DNA of 64,000 nucleotides from Polyangiales bacterium (GTDB lineage Bacteria; Myxococcota_A; Polyangia; Polyangiales; Polyangiaceae): contig JBBRLQ010000017.1 in NCBI GenBank assembly GCA_038231275.1, positions 96,001 through 160,000 of the forward strand, in the 5' to 3' direction. The notes beneath the pieces are model-generated. The model saw only the letters and a program-made list of their open reading frames with translations, made no database searches and had not been told where the DNA came from. Shown here piece after piece: positions 20,687-30,325 of this stretch (positions are counted from its first letter, which is position 1; each line of letters opens with the position of its first letter). Both the position numbers and the translations under genes were made by a program.

Positions 20687-20968
20687 TCAGGAGACGGGCG
20701 CACGTTCGACGGCGAGGAGGTTCCTCACGTCGCGGACGCGCGTGACGTTGCGGACGGCCCGCTCCGCGTCGTCGTACTGGCGCCAGAGGTCGACGTTGCC
20801 TTCGAGCGTCACGACGCCGTTCGAGACCGATGTTCGAATGCGGTCCGTGGGGACCACGACGTCCCACTCGAGGGCGCGCACGACGTCGCGCGCGAGATCG
20901 AGATCGCCGTCGCGGTCGCCGCCCTCAGCGTCAACGTGCCCCACCGCGTTCTCTTCGAGCTGTCCCAT
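20687..20968 (-). CDS. Single BON-domain protein
   Basis: GGAGG SD; DVVRALEWD..VSNGVVTLEGNV..AERAVRNVTRVRDVRNLL. Confidence 0.8.
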   Translation of the reverse strand: MGQLEENAVGHVDAEGGDRDGDLDLARDVVRALEWDVVVPTDRIRTSVSNGVVTLEGNVDLWRQYDDAERAVRNVTRVRDVRNLLAVERAPVS

Positions 20969-21003
20969 GCGTCCTCCGGTTTCGACGAATGGACGGACGA
21001 AAA

Positions 21004-21018
21004 GCAATCGGCGTTCCA
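21004..21018 (-). promoter_or_regulatory. Sigma54 -24/-12 element (TGGAAC-GCCGA-TTGC) upstream of the BON gene
   Basis: GG-N10-GC, followed by a short leader with an SD. Confidence 0.6.
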
Positions 21019-21182
21019 CCTCGCAACCCACACGAGCGGCGCGCGCGTGAGGCGACGACGACCGCATCTTCACGCCGCGACGCGCGCTCGCGCCAGAGTG
21101 TCCCAGCGCGCTTTTTTGCTGGTGATGGGAAGGAACGGAAACACTTCGCCGTCTCGGCGTTACCGAAGGGTGACGCGCGCGC

Positions 21183-21854
21183 TCAGGCTCGACGCGGATA
21201 TTTCGAACGCGTGAAGAGCGCCTCGAGCGCGCGATCGTGCGTGCGCGCGAGGATGGGCAGCGCGACGACGGCGCCGATGAGGACGAAGAACATGTCCCAC
21301 TGCGTGTCCCACGGATCACCCTGGGTGCCGAGGAACGCCGTGCCGACGTCGCCCGCGACGATGAGCGTCGTCCACCACTCGAGAAGCTCCCAGAAGGCCC
21401 CGATCGCGAGCGCAACGGCGCAGATCAAGAAATCGAGCCAGCGTCCGCGCTCGAGCGGGGTCCGACGGAGCAGAACCTCACGCAAGACGATCGCCGGCAC
21501 GAACCCGAGCGCGAAGTGGCCGACGCGATCGTAGTGGTTGCGGCTCAAGTGGAACGTGTCCCGCAGCCAGTTGCCGAGCGGCGTGTTCGAGTACGTGTAG
21601 AAGGCGCCGTAATCGAGGATGAGCATGTGCGCGAACACCATCGCGTACACGAGGCGCGTCATCGGGAAGCGCGGGAACGCGACCCCGAGAGCGGCGAGGC
21701 CGAGGAGCCCGGGCACCACCTCGAGGAGCCAGTTCTCGCGACCCGACGGCGGATGCGCGCCGCTCGCCGCGAGCACCAGCGTGAGGACCGCCAGGAGAAC
21801 GAGCGGGAAGCGCGCCTCGTCGTAGGTCCCTCGAACCGCGTCGACCGATTTCAC
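21183..21854 (-). CDS. DUF2238/YjdF-family inner membrane protein
   Basis: WLLE..YTYSNTPLG..RNHYDRVGHF..WELLEW..FLGTQGDPWDTQWDM. Confidence 0.85.
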   Translation of the reverse strand: MKSVDAVRGTYDEARFPLVLLAVLTLVLAASGAHPPSGRENWLLEVVPGLLGLAALGVAFPRFPMTRLVYAMVFAHMLILDYGAFYTYSNTPLGNWLRDTFHLSRNHYDRVGHFALGFVPAIVLREVLLRRTPLERGRWLDFLICAVALAIGAFWELLEWWTTLIVAGDVGTAFLGTQGDPWDTQWDMFFVLIGAVVALPILARTHDRALEALFTRSKYPRRA

Positions 21855-21970
21855 GGGAGGAGGATCGGGCCTCGGGGCGGGTTCGGAAAAGAAAATCGCG
21901 CCCAAGCAGGAAAACGCCGGGAAACGTAGGGCTCTGGGAACCTCCGGCCTCGTCGCGTGTCGAGCCCACG

Positions 21971-24900
21971 GTGAACCCCCAAAGGCGCCGTCGACCCTTC
22001 CCTTCTGCACGACTCCTTTTGTCGTTCGTGGTGCTCGGCGTCGCGGCGCTCTCCGCGGCGGGTCGGTCCTCCGATGCCGCCGGCGCGCCCGATCCGGCGG
22101 CCCGCGGGCTCGACCTGTTTCTCCACGTGCCCGGGCAGGCTCCGCCGCGCGGTATCCTGCCGGTGCAAGTCGAGGCGATAGGGTTCCCAACCGCGGTGAC
22201 GACCCAGCCGCTCGCGAACGTGACGATCGAGGCGGTGTGGAACCCCGAGCACCTCGGCACGCACGTGTCGGTCGCTCCTCCGGCGGTGCGCGTGAACGCC
22301 GATGCGACGGGGCGCGCCCACCTCGACGTACCGGTGCCGGACGGCGACGAGATGGAGCTCGAGTTGCTCGTCGGCGTTCGGTCCGGCGCGCACACGCGGA
22401 CTCAGGCGGTGAAGGTGAAGCGCGTGCGGCCCTACGACGTCGCCCTCTTCGTTCCCGATCGGCGTGTCGTACCGGGCAGCACGATCAGCGCGTGGGTGCT
22501 GGTGACGAGCGCGCTCAGCGGGACGCCGGTCCCGCGCGCGCCGCTGACGTTGCGCCTCGGCGAGGGTGGCGTGCCGCGCTTCGAGGTCGAGCTGACCACC
22601 GACGTGTCGGGCACGGCGATGGCGCGAGTGCCGATCCCGATGACCGAGGAGCCGGCGTGGACGTGGCACCTGTCGGCCGCCGCGCGCCTCGGCGCGTTCG
22701 CCGCCGGAGATTCCGGGATCGATCTCACGCCGCGCGAAGAATCTCCGGGAAAGCCGCAGCTCCACGCGACGTGGAACGAGGACAGCGTGCTCGCTGGCGA
22801 TCCTGCGCACTTCGTCCTTCGCGTGCGCGACGCGAACGATCAGCCGGTCGCGGGGCAAGCGGTGCGCTACTGGGTCGGGCCGCGCGGGACGGAGCCGCCG
22901 GACGACGCGACGGCGTGGGAGAAAGCTTCGACCCGCGCCCTCACGAGCTCGGCGGGCGAGATCACGGCGGAGGCCGCGACGCCGTCGACCCTGGTGATCG
23001 GCGTCGGCTCACAGCTCCGCGTGGTCGCGCGCGCGTCGGTGGACGGGCGCGATCTGACGTCGCAAGCGTGGGTCACCGTCGGCGCGCCCGCAGCGGAGGC
23101 GACGCTGGCGCCCGAAGGCGATCGCGTGGTGCCGGGGCTCGAGCAGCGCGTGTTCCTCTCGGTGCACGACGGGAAGGGGCGGCCCGTGAGCGCGCCGTTC
23201 CGCGTCGACGGCGACGGCCTCGTAGCCCACGTGCGCACCGACGACCACGGCGAAGCGGAGATTTCGTGGCGCGCGCCGCTCGATCTCGGCGCGGAGCGGC
23301 AGACCGGACCGTGCGCAGGAGGCGTCGCCGCGGCGGTCACCGTTCGCGCCGAGGCGCAGGTCGCCGCGCTCGCGACGCACCCTGATCCGTTCGAGCTGTG
23401 CGTGAAGGTCGATCGCGACGCGACGTCGCTCGTGCGCACCGATCGCACGCTCGTGCGCGCGGGCGACAAGGTCCACGTGCGCGTGGTGACCTCCGACGGC
23501 AAGGGACCGCGCACGCGCCGCGCGAAGGGACCCTGGAGCGTCGTCGCGAGCAACCACGCGGGCACCTCGTCGGCGAGCGCGTGGATCGAGGACGGCGAAG
23601 CGGGCGGCGACGTCGCGATCCCCACTGGCGCGAGCGGCGTGTGGTCGCTCAGCGCGACGTCCCCTGGCGGACAAGCGCAGGCGCGCGTCACGGCCGGCGC
23701 GGCGCTCGTCATACCGCCGGTCTTGCCGAAGCTCGCCGCGAAGGTCACCGGCGGCCGCGCGACGCCGGGAGGCGCCGTAGACGTCGAGGCCGTGCTCACC
23801 GACGCCGCCGGCCACGGCCTCGCCGGCTCAGTCTCGGCGGTCGTGATCGATCGCTTCGGCGGCGGCTCGATCGGCGGCCTCTCGTCGCTCGACACGCGCC
23901 GCAAGCTCTGCACGGACGCCGGCGCGGACGACGAGCGCTGCGATCCGTTCGTCGAGGGCGATCCGTCGCTCGAGCCGCTGCGGCGCTCTCTCCTCGGCGG
24001 CCGCGGGGACGCGCTCTCGCCGGTGAACGATCCCGAAGGGCGCATGCAGGCCGAGCTGCGCGACGCGTTCCGCGCGGTCGTCAAATCGCTCGAGGGGGCG
24101 GTCTTCGAGGCCGCGCACACGCCGGAGCAGCTCCGCGATGTTCGCCGCCGCGGCTCCGACGGCGCGTGGCAATGGAACCCCGAGCTCATGACGCTGGTGA
24201 CCGCCGCGATGGAGCCCAAGCCGATCACTCCCGGCGGCGAGCCGCTCTCGCTCGGCGATCTCTTCGCGATCGACGGCCAAGTGACGTTCTCCAACGTCGC
24301 GCGCCGCATCACGCGGCTCAAGCTGTTCCGCGTGCTCGCGGAGATGCGCCGCTTCAAGATCGAGAAGGCGCTCGACGCCGACGAGCCGGCGCTCCGCGAC
24401 CCGAACGCGCTCCTGCGGCGCCTCGTGCGCGACGAGCGACTCGAGGAGGCGGCGCTCGTCGATCCGTGGGGAGGCTCGCTGCGCTTCATGCAGACGACGG
24501 CGGCGCCGGTGCCGTTCATGACTGTCGCGCGGGGATGGGAGCTGCGCGCGCCGGGGCCCGACGGCGTGGCGGGCACGGTCGACGACGTGCGCGATCCGTT
24601 CGAGCGCGTCCTCAAGTCGGGGACGCCGTACGCCATCGCCGTCCAGGAAGATCGCATCGTCGACGCGAAGTGGGACATGGAGGTCGGCGAGACGACGGTC
24701 AGTGCGTGGCAGACGATGTTCGAGGAGCTCACCGGCAGCGCGCTCGGCAGCGGCGGCGGCGTCGGCGCCGGCGGCATCGGGCTCGGCGGAGTCGGGAGCG
24801 GCGGAGGAGGAATTGGCCACGGGCGCGCCGGCTCGGTCCGCGTCACCACCGGCAACCCGTCGGGCGTGGCGTTCTGGTCTCCTCCGATGCGCACCGACGC

Positions 24901-26782
24901 GAACGGACGCGTCGTCATCCACGTTCCGCTCGGCGACATCGAGACGACGTGGCGCATCGCGCTCGTCGGCGTGCCCGACGGCGCGACCCCCGCGACCGCG
25001 TCGGTCGACGTCGCCTCCGAGCTCCCCCTCGCCGCGCACATCGACGCGGGCACGCGTTGGGTCGAGGGGGATAGCGTCGACGCCGTGATCGCCGTTCGCA
25101 ATCGCGCCGCGGTGCCCAAGCGCGCGACGCTGACGGTCACGGCGGGCGGCGTCCTCGAGCTCGTCGGCAGCGCGCGCGAGATGTCGCTCGACGTCCCCGC
25201 GGGGGGCATCGCCACGACGCGCGTTCGTGCGCGCGCGCGGCGTGCCGGCACCGCGGAGCTCTCCGTCGTCACGCGCGCACCGGGCCTGCCCGACGACGTC
25301 GCGCGCCACGCTTGGGAGGTGCGCCACGCGGGCGAGGCGGTGGACGTCGCGCACGTGCAGTGGATCGAAGGCGAGAACGAGCTCGGCCCGTGGCTCGATC
25401 CCAAGCCGTACGTGGCCCTCGGCCCCGCGCGTTTGATCCTCGAACGAGGGCTCGATGTGTCGCTCTCCTCGGCGCTCGACGCGCTCGATCCGGACCACCT
25501 CCGGAGCGCGCCAGAGCTCGCCGACGCCCTCGAGGTCGCGTCACGCTTGCGCGCGTGGGGGATCACGCGGGGCGGCGAGCAAGATCCGCTCGTGGTGCGC
25601 GCGACGACGATCCAGAGGAGGGCGACCGGTCGCCTCGCGGCCTACGCGCACCTCGCGGGGGCGCACGTGCGCGGCAGCGTGGCCGAGCGCGCATCGCTCT
25701 TCGCAGCGCCCGGCGAGGCAGGCGCGCTCGGCCCGCCTGCGGAGTGCCCGGTCGACGCGCCGGACGGCGATCTGCTGGCCGCGGTCGACGGTCTCGACGC
25801 CGAGCCTGCGCCGATGGCCGGCGGCGTCGCCAGCTGCTGGGACGCGTACGTGACGACGACGCTCGACGACGTGGACCGGAGCGGCGACCCGACCGCGGTG
25901 GCGCGCGCGCTCTTGGCCCTCGCCGATCGCCCGCATCGCGCCGCGCGCGCGCACGACACCGCCGAGCGGCTCGCTGCGCTGGTGGGCCTCACGAAAAGAG
26001 AGCCGCTCGCGGCGATCACGCTGCCTCCCAGCGCCGCGCGGGATCGGGCCGCGCGCGCGACGGTCTACGCGGGCCTCGTCCGCGCGATCGCGATGGACCG
26101 CGCACGCGCCGCCGAGCTCCCGCGCCTCATCGCGTGGACCGCCGTGCAGCGCGATCCACAGGGAGGCTACGGCTCGAGCAGCGCCACGCGCGCCGTCGTT
26201 CGCGCCCTCCTCGCCGCGAGCCCGCCGCCGTCGTCCGAGAAGCTCGTCGCGCACGTCGTGGTCGACGGAAAGGCAATGGACCTCGTGGTGCCGCCTGGCG
26301 CAGGCGTCGCCGCGATCACGCTCCCCGCGGGCGCGGAGGAGCTCACGGTCACCGCGAAGGGCGTCCTCGCGCGACTCGAGCGCCCCGGCCTCCGCCCATG
26401 GACCCTCCCGGAGCCAGGCGAGCCGCACGGCGCGCTCCACGCCGATATCACGTGGCCCGCCACCGCGCGCGCCGGCCGGACGGGCCTCCTCCGCGTCGCG
26501 CTCCGTCACGATGGTGGACACGCGGCCCTCGTCGACGTGAAAATCCCCCTTCCCCCCGGCGTCACGCTCGCCGAGCCCATTCCCACCGTGCGCCAGGTCC
26601 AGGGCGTCCTGACGCTGCGGCGCCAGGTCGATGGCACGCGCTTGCCGAACATCCTCGAGATCCCGATCCGCTTCCTCCTCGAGGGGAAAGTGACCGTGCC
26701 CGAGGCCCAAGCGCGCTATGCGCTCCAGGACGCGCCGCGCGTCGTCGTCCCCGCGCGGCCGTTTTCCGTCGCTTCTCCTTGA
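21971..26782 (+). CDS. Alpha-2-macroglobulin-like secreted protein (MG domains), with GspG-like insert and no CxEQ thioester
   Basis: Signal peptide; MG2-like DRRVVPG; A2M segment FWSPPMRTDANG..DIETTWRI; TED-end motif GGYGSSSAT; receptor-binding-like IPLPPG. Confidence 0.7.
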   Translation: MNPQRRRRPFPSARLLLSFVVLGVAALSAAGRSSDAAGAPDPAARGLDLFLHVPGQAPPRGILPVQVEAIGFPTAVTTQPLANVTIEAVWNPEHLGTHVSVAPPAVRVNADATGRAHLDVPVPDGDEMELELLVGVRSGAHTRTQAVKVKRVRPYDVALFVPDRRVVPGSTISAWVLVTSALSGTPVPRAPLTLRLGEGGVPRFEVELTTDVSGTAMARVPIPMTEEPAWTWHLSAAARLGAFAAGDSGIDLTPREESPGKPQLHATWNEDSVLAGDPAHFVLRVRDANDQPVAGQAVRYWVGPRGTEPPDDATAWEKASTRALTSSAGEITAEAATPSTLVIGVGSQLRVVARASVDGRDLTSQAWVTVGAPAAEATLAPEGDRVVPGLEQRVFLSVHDGKGRPVSAPFRVDGDGLVAHVRTDDHGEAEISWRAPLDLGAERQTGPCAGGVAAAVTVRAEAQVAALATHPDPFELCVKVDRDATSLVRTDRTLVRAGDKVHVRVVTSDGKGPRTRRAKGPWSVVASNHAGTSSASAWIEDGEAGGDVAIPTGASGVWSLSATSPGGQAQARVTAGAALVIPPVLPKLAAKVTGGRATPGGAVDVEAVLTDAAGHGLAGSVSAVVIDRFGGGSIGGLSSLDTRRKLCTDAGADDERCDPFVEGDPSLEPLRRSLLGGRGDALSPVNDPEGRMQAELRDAFRAVVKSLEGAVFEAAHTPEQLRDVRRRGSDGAWQWNPELMTLVTAAMEPKPITPGGEPLSLGDLFAIDGQVTFSNVARRITRLKLFRVLAEMRRFKIEKALDADEPALRDPNALLRRLVRDERLEEAALVDPWGGSLRFMQTTAAPVPFMTVARGWELRAPGPDGVAGTVDDVRDPFERVLKSGTPYAIAVQEDRIVDAKWDMEVGETTVSAWQTMFEELTGSALGSGGGVGAGGIGLGGVGSGGGGIGHGRAGSVRVTTGNPSGVAFWSPPMRTDANGRVVIHVPLGDIETTWRIALVGVPDGATPATASVDVASELPLAAHIDAGTRWVEGDSVDAVIAVRNRAAVPKRATLTVTAGGVLELVGSAREMSLDVPAGGIATTRVRARARRAGTAELSVVTRAPGLPDDVARHAWEVRHAGEAVDVAHVQWIEGENELGPWLDPKPYVALGPARLILERGLDVSLSSALDALDPDHLRSAPELADALEVASRLRAWGITRGGEQDPLVVRATTIQRRATGRLAAYAHLAGAHVRGSVAERASLFAAPGEAGALGPPAECPVDAPDGDLLAAVDGLDAEPAPMAGGVASCWDAYVTTTLDDVDRSGDPTAVARALLALADRPHRAARAHDTAERLAALVGLTKREPLAAITLPPSAARDRAARATVYAGLVRAIAMDRARAAELPRLIAWTAVQRDPQGGYGSSSATRAVVRALLAASPPPSSEKLVAHVVVDGKAMDLVVPPGAGVAAITLPAGAEELTVTAKGVLARLERPGLRPWTLPEPGEPHGALHADITWPATARAGRTGLLRVALRHDGGHAALVDVKIPLPPGVTLAEPIPTVRQVQGVLTLRRQVDGTRLPNILEIPIRFLLEGKVTVPEAQARYALQDAPRVVVPARPFSVASP

Positions 26783-26827
26783 CGGCCCTGCCTCCCGGAT
26801 GATGCTTCTGGCATCGAAGGAAAGGCC

Positions 26828-28021
26828 ATGGCCCCGACCACCTACACGGATCTGATCGCGAGCGTTCGCAAAGAAGTCAAAGAGGTCTCGCTCGAAGAGC
26901 TGAAGCGCCGCCTCGACGCGCGTGAGCCGTACGTGCTCCTGGACGTGCGCGAGAAGGAGGAGTACCGCGCGGGCTACATCCCCGGCGCGATCTCGATCCC
27001 GCGAGGCTTCCTCGAGATCCAGGTCGAGCAGCGCCTCCCCGAGAAGAACGCGAAGATCGTCGCCTACTGCGCAGGCGGGACACGCTCGGCCCTCGCGGCC
27101 AAGACGCTCGCCGAGCTCGGCTACACGAACGTCGAGACCGCCAACCCCGGCTTCGTCCGCTGGAAGGATCTCGGCTTCCCGATGGATACGCCGCCGCAGC
27201 TCACCGAGGCGCAGCGCGATCGCTACTCGCGCCACATCCTCCTGCCGGAGGTCGGCGACGTCGGGCAGGCGAAGCTCCTGAAGAGCAAGGTGCTCCTCCT
27301 CGGCGCGGGCGGCCTCGGCTCACCGGCGGCGCTCTACCTCGCCGCGGCGGGCGTCGGCACGCTCGGCATCGCGGACGCGGACGTGGTCGACGCGTCGAAC
27401 CTCCAGCGCCAAATCCTCCACGCGACGAGCCGCGTCGGCATGCCCAAGGTCGAGAGCGCCGCGAAGGCCCTCCAAGATCTCAACCCCGACGTGAAGGTCA
27501 TCGGCCACGAAGAGCGCGTCACCAGCGCCAACGTGGAGCGCCTCTTCAACGACTACGACGTCGTCGTCGACGGCACCGACAACTTCCCCACGCGGTACCT
27601 CGTCAACGACGCGAGCGTCTTCCTCGGCAAGCCCGTCGTGCACGGATCCATCTTCCGCTTCGACGGCCAGTGCACCACCTTCATGCCCGAGAGCGCCGCC
27701 AAGAAACTCGGCGTCCCGAGCGGCCCCTGCTACCGCTGCCTCTACCCCGAGCCGCCGCCGCCGCACCTCGCGCCGAGCTGCCAAGAGGCCGGCGTCCTCG
27801 GCATCTTGTGCGGCATCATTGGCACACTGCAGGCGACCGAGGCGATCAAGATCCTCCTCGGCAAGGGAGATCTGCTCGTCGGACGCCTGCTCACCTACGA
27901 CAGCCTCAAGATGAAGTTCCGTGAGCTGAAGCTCCGCAAAGACGAGGCGTGCCCGGTGTGCGGCCCCAAGCCGACCATCACGAGCTACATCGACTACGAG
28001 GGCTTCTGCGCGATCGGGTGA
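26828..28021 (+). CDS. moeB: Rhodanese-ThiF/MoeB fusion adenylyltransferase (MoeZ/MoeB family)
   Basis: N-terminal rhodanese (DVRE..GYIPGA..YCAGGTRS); RYSRHILL, GAGGLG, SNLQRQ, DGTDNF, CYRC, CPVC. Confidence 0.9.
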   Translation: MAPTTYTDLIASVRKEVKEVSLEELKRRLDAREPYVLLDVREKEEYRAGYIPGAISIPRGFLEIQVEQRLPEKNAKIVAYCAGGTRSALAAKTLAELGYTNVETANPGFVRWKDLGFPMDTPPQLTEAQRDRYSRHILLPEVGDVGQAKLLKSKVLLLGAGGLGSPAALYLAAAGVGTLGIADADVVDASNLQRQILHATSRVGMPKVESAAKALQDLNPDVKVIGHEERVTSANVERLFNDYDVVVDGTDNFPTRYLVNDASVFLGKPVVHGSIFRFDGQCTTFMPESAAKKLGVPSGPCYRCLYPEPPPPHLAPSCQEAGVLGILCGIIGTLQATEAIKILLGKGDLLVGRLLTYDSLKMKFRELKLRKDEACPVCGPKPTITSYIDYEGFCAIG

Positions 28022-28037
28022 AGCGTCGGTCGCTTAC

Positions 28038-29297
28038 TCAGTAAGGAAGCTCGCGTTCCATCTCCGCCTTCGGGGCGGGGACCGGGGCGACGTCGGACGG
28101 TGACGCGGGGGCCGGCGTCGCGGGCGCATCCGTCGCGGGGGCCGCGTCGGGCTTCTTGATCTGCGGGAGCTCTTTCTCGATCGTCGCGAGCAGATCCTCG
28201 ATCATCGCGCGCGCGTCCTTCTTCTCGTGCGCGTCGGCATCGCCGGGTGCGCCCGGCGCCGGCGCCGGCGGCGGCCACTGCGACACGTAGCGCGGCGCCT
28301 CGCCAGGACCGCTGGCGTCGATCCACGTGACGTGACCCGTCCCCGGATCGCGCACGTCGACGTGCACGAACGAGCTGTTCGGGTAGTAGCCACATCCCGT
28401 GTCGGTGAGCGTCTTGCAGAACGCGACGACGTCCTCGTTCTTCACGCCGTCGATGCGAAAGTCCATCGCGCGGCCGCTCGCGTGGTAGCTGCCGGCCGAG
28501 CTGGGGCGGGATCCCGAGATGATGCTCACCTTCGTGGGCACACCGGCCTTCGCGAAGTGCTCGCTCACGAGGCCGAGGCGCTCGATGAGCCCCGCGTCGA
28601 TGCTCACCGCCGGCTTGTCGGTTCCGCCGGGGCGCAAGAGAACGCCCATCTTGTCGGCCGCGCCGGGCGCCGGGCTGCCGTCGCACTTGGTCAGCGTGAC
28701 CTCTTCGTCGTCGGTGCCGCGCGCGACATGAATCGGCGCGTGGAGGCACGGAGGCTTCTGGCCCTTTTGGCCGCGCGCGAGGAGGGTGCGCGTGCGCGGT
28801 TGCGCCTTCGGCTCTTCGGCCGCGCGCGGAGACGGCGGCGGCAACGGCGGCAGCGAGTCGAGGTCCGACGAGATCGCGACGGCCAGCGAGGTACCTGGGA
28901 CCGCTTGCTTGTCATTGCCGCTCTTCGCGGGCGTCTTCTTCCCGTCGGCGCGGCGAGCCTCGCGCTTCTTGCCGACGTGCTTCATGTCGGTCTTCTTGGT
29001 TTCGCCCTTCTTCACGTCCGCCTTCGGCGCGACGTCGACGGGCTTGCTCATCGCGACGGCGACGCCGTGCGTGTCGGGCTTGTTGTCGATGACGTGCTTG
29101 CGACGGCTGGTGGCGGCGAGCTTCGGCGACGCCTGCCGGCTCTTGCCGTGCTTGGCCGACGAGCGCGGCGAGGTGTGAACAGCGTGCGACGACGACGACG
29201 ACGGCGGCGCGCTGCTCGCGGTCGTGGGGGCGGCCAGCGCGATGGGCGCGCTGAGAACGATGGTCAATGCGAGTGCGAGGGCGGCTTTGAAGGGCAT
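28038..29297 (-). CDS. YcbK/DUF882-like peptidase M15 family protein with long Lys-rich N-terminal region
   Basis: Signal peptide; IISGSR..SYHASGRAMDF..GCGYYPNSSFVHVDVR. Confidence 0.8.
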   Translation of the reverse strand: MPFKAALALALTIVLSAPIALAAPTTASSAPPSSSSSHAVHTSPRSSAKHGKSRQASPKLAATSRRKHVIDNKPDTHGVAVAMSKPVDVAPKADVKKGETKKTDMKHVGKKREARRADGKKTPAKSGNDKQAVPGTSLAVAISSDLDSLPPLPPPSPRAAEEPKAQPRTRTLLARGQKGQKPPCLHAPIHVARGTDDEEVTLTKCDGSPAPGAADKMGVLLRPGGTDKPAVSIDAGLIERLGLVSEHFAKAGVPTKVSIISGSRPSSAGSYHASGRAMDFRIDGVKNEDVVAFCKTLTDTGCGYYPNSSFVHVDVRDPGTGHVTWIDASGPGEAPRYVSQWPPPAPAPGAPGDADAHEKKDARAMIEDLLATIEKELPQIKKPDAAPATDAPATPAPASPSDVAPVPAPKAEMERELPY

Positions 29298-29422
29298 CGA
29301 AAAATCCTCCGGCAAGACCGTTGTGCCTACATCCGACTACAAGGGCCAAATGTTCGACCTCTTTTTCTTTCGTCTGCTGTTGCCTCGCGGACGAAGCTGG
29401 GGCATCCGGGGCGCGTAGCTCG

Positions 29423-29905
29423 ATGCCCCTTCGCCACGACTTCCACGACCCGATCTCGAAGCAGCGCCAGCGTCAGCTCGCCGCGCTCGAGGCTCTGTTC
29501 GCCCCGCGCGCGCCCGCTGCACTTCCGCCGCCCGCGCCGAGCACGCGCGCGCTCGCGAAGATCGTCGCCCATCGCGCGGCCGATCCGGCGCGCGATCGGC
29601 TCGTCGCAGGGCTGCTCGCGGCGGACGGGGCAGAGGCGGTGCGCCGCGCGGTCCTCGCGCTCGAAGGCGCAGGTCACGCGGTGCCGCGCGAGCAAGACGC
29701 GCTGCTCCGCGTCCTCCAGCACCCCGACGAACGACGCGTGCGCGCGGCGATCGACGATCTCGCCGCGCTGTTCGTCAACGGGGTGCCGCGACGCCGCACC
29801 GTGCTCGAGGCGCGGCTACGTCGTCTCGAGGATCTGGCCGACGATCCCGAGACGCGCGAGGCGGCGACCGCCCTGCGACGCCGCGTGCACCGCGCCGAGG
29901 CGTGA
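29423..29905 (+). CDS. Hypothetical helical protein
   Basis: ORF coupled by TGATG to the next gene; GC3 bias. Confidence 0.6.
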   Translation: MPLRHDFHDPISKQRQRQLAALEALFAPRAPAALPPPAPSTRALAKIVAHRAADPARDRLVAGLLAADGAEAVRRAVLALEGAGHAVPREQDALLRVLQHPDERRVRAAIDDLAALFVNGVPRRRTVLEARLRRLEDLADDPETREAATALRRRVHRAEA

Positions 29906-30318
29906 TGGATCGCGCGACCTTCGAGGCCAAGTACAAGACGCTCCTCGCCGCGCGACGCAGCCAGACGAGCAACACCGGCTGCGTCTCCTGCGAAGGCTGC
30001 GAGCGCTGCGCCGACTCCACGTTCTGCACTGAGAGCACAGGCCTCGTCCGCTCGCACTACTGCAAAGAGTCGAGCGACTGCACCGACTCGTCGCACCTCC
30101 TTCGTTGCAAGGGATGCCTCTCGTCGCAACACCTCACGGACTGTGAAGGGTGCAGTCAGAGCGCCTACCTCGTGCGGTGCGTCGGCCTCACCGGCTGCAC
30201 GTACTGCTTCGGCTGCGTCGGCGTCTCGCGGAAGGACTTCCACATCCTGAACGAGCCGTACGATCGTCAAGCGTACTTCGAGCTCACCGCTCGCCTCGCG
30301 CGCGAGCTGCGCGTCTGA
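29905..30318 (+). CDS. Cys-rich hexapeptide-repeat protein
   Basis: Regular CxxCxx/CxxSxx repeats ending YCFGCVGV..FHILNEPY; no signal peptide. Confidence 0.75.
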   Translation: MDRATFEAKYKTLLAARRSQTSNTGCVSCEGCERCADSTFCTESTGLVRSHYCKESSDCTDSSHLLRCKGCLSSQHLTDCEGCSQSAYLVRCVGLTGCTYCFGCVGVSRKDFHILNEPYDRQAYFELTARLARELRV

Positions 30319-30325
30319 GGACGGC

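Noticed and set aside
26828..28021. Possible ubiquitin-like anti-phage E1 (CBASS/Bil-type)
   Set aside because: Canonical rhodanese-MoeB architecture with no E2, JAB, CD-NTase or Ubl neighbours.
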